DNA from: Candidatus Hydrogenedentota bacterium
GTDB lineage: Bacteria; Hydrogenedentota; Hydrogenedentia; Hydrogenedentales; SLHB01
Direction: 5' to 3'
DNA length: 29,254 nt
Assembly (NCBI GenBank): GCA_029974275.1
Contig: JARKSN010000155.1
Span: forward strand, 1-29,254
Both the position numbers and the translations under genes were made by a program. Positions 29,147 to 29,254 of the stretch are shown here, in pieces (the stretch's first letter is position 1; the number at the start of each line of letters is the position of its first letter). Under the pieces are notes generated by a model. The model was not told the DNA's origin, ran no database searches, and worked only from the letters and a program-made list of their open reading frames with translations.

Positions 29147-29172
29147 GTAGCGCCCGGTCGCCGTGCCGGGCG
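29147..29172 (+). repeat. Solo GTAG-REP (family A)
   Basis: GTAGCGCCCGGTCGCCGTGCCGGGCG; stem CGCCCGG/CCGGGCG is intact with loop changes; preceded by CTTT as in the MITE copies. Confidence 0.85.
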
Positions 29173-29254
29173 TGCGTTATACCGAGCGCCTAGGCGCTCT
29201 TGTCGCAACCCCGAACATAAATCCGAAACCCGCTTTTTTTGTAGTCATCCTTCA

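Overview
GC-rich bacterial chromosomal segment from an organism with anaerobic H2 metabolism; the taxon cannot be fixed from sequence alone. The left half (1-15.7 kb) is mostly housekeeping: ugd, a fused pabB/pabC, a minus-strand run yebC-ruvC-AsmA-like-radical SAM, ppa, an Asn-triad clpP, dprA and a GNAT-TPR-lepB run. The right half carries a complete [FeFe]-hydrogenase maturation locus (GAF histidine kinase-hydG-TM1266-like regulator-aspA-hydF-hydE-rex) with no hydA in the window. That locus is interrupted at two points by accessory cargo: a DUF433/DUF5615 toxin-antitoxin pair and an AT-richer membrane-protein gene. Each cargo is followed by an inverted element built from heptamer arrays, and third-codon-position usage flips sharply from C/A to G/T across the larger insertion site. 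A ~260 bp non-autonomous element with ISAs1-like ends and an internal GTAG-REP doublet occurs twice; one copy has a perfect 10 bp target duplication and the other lies within TAGAGCA...TGCTCTA ends. Solo REP copies are scattered through the window. It ends with a secreted glycoside-hydrolase-like gene and two phage-like genes. No rRNA, tRNA, CRISPR array, transposase or integrase was recognised. All family assignments come from reading motifs by eye, without database searches.
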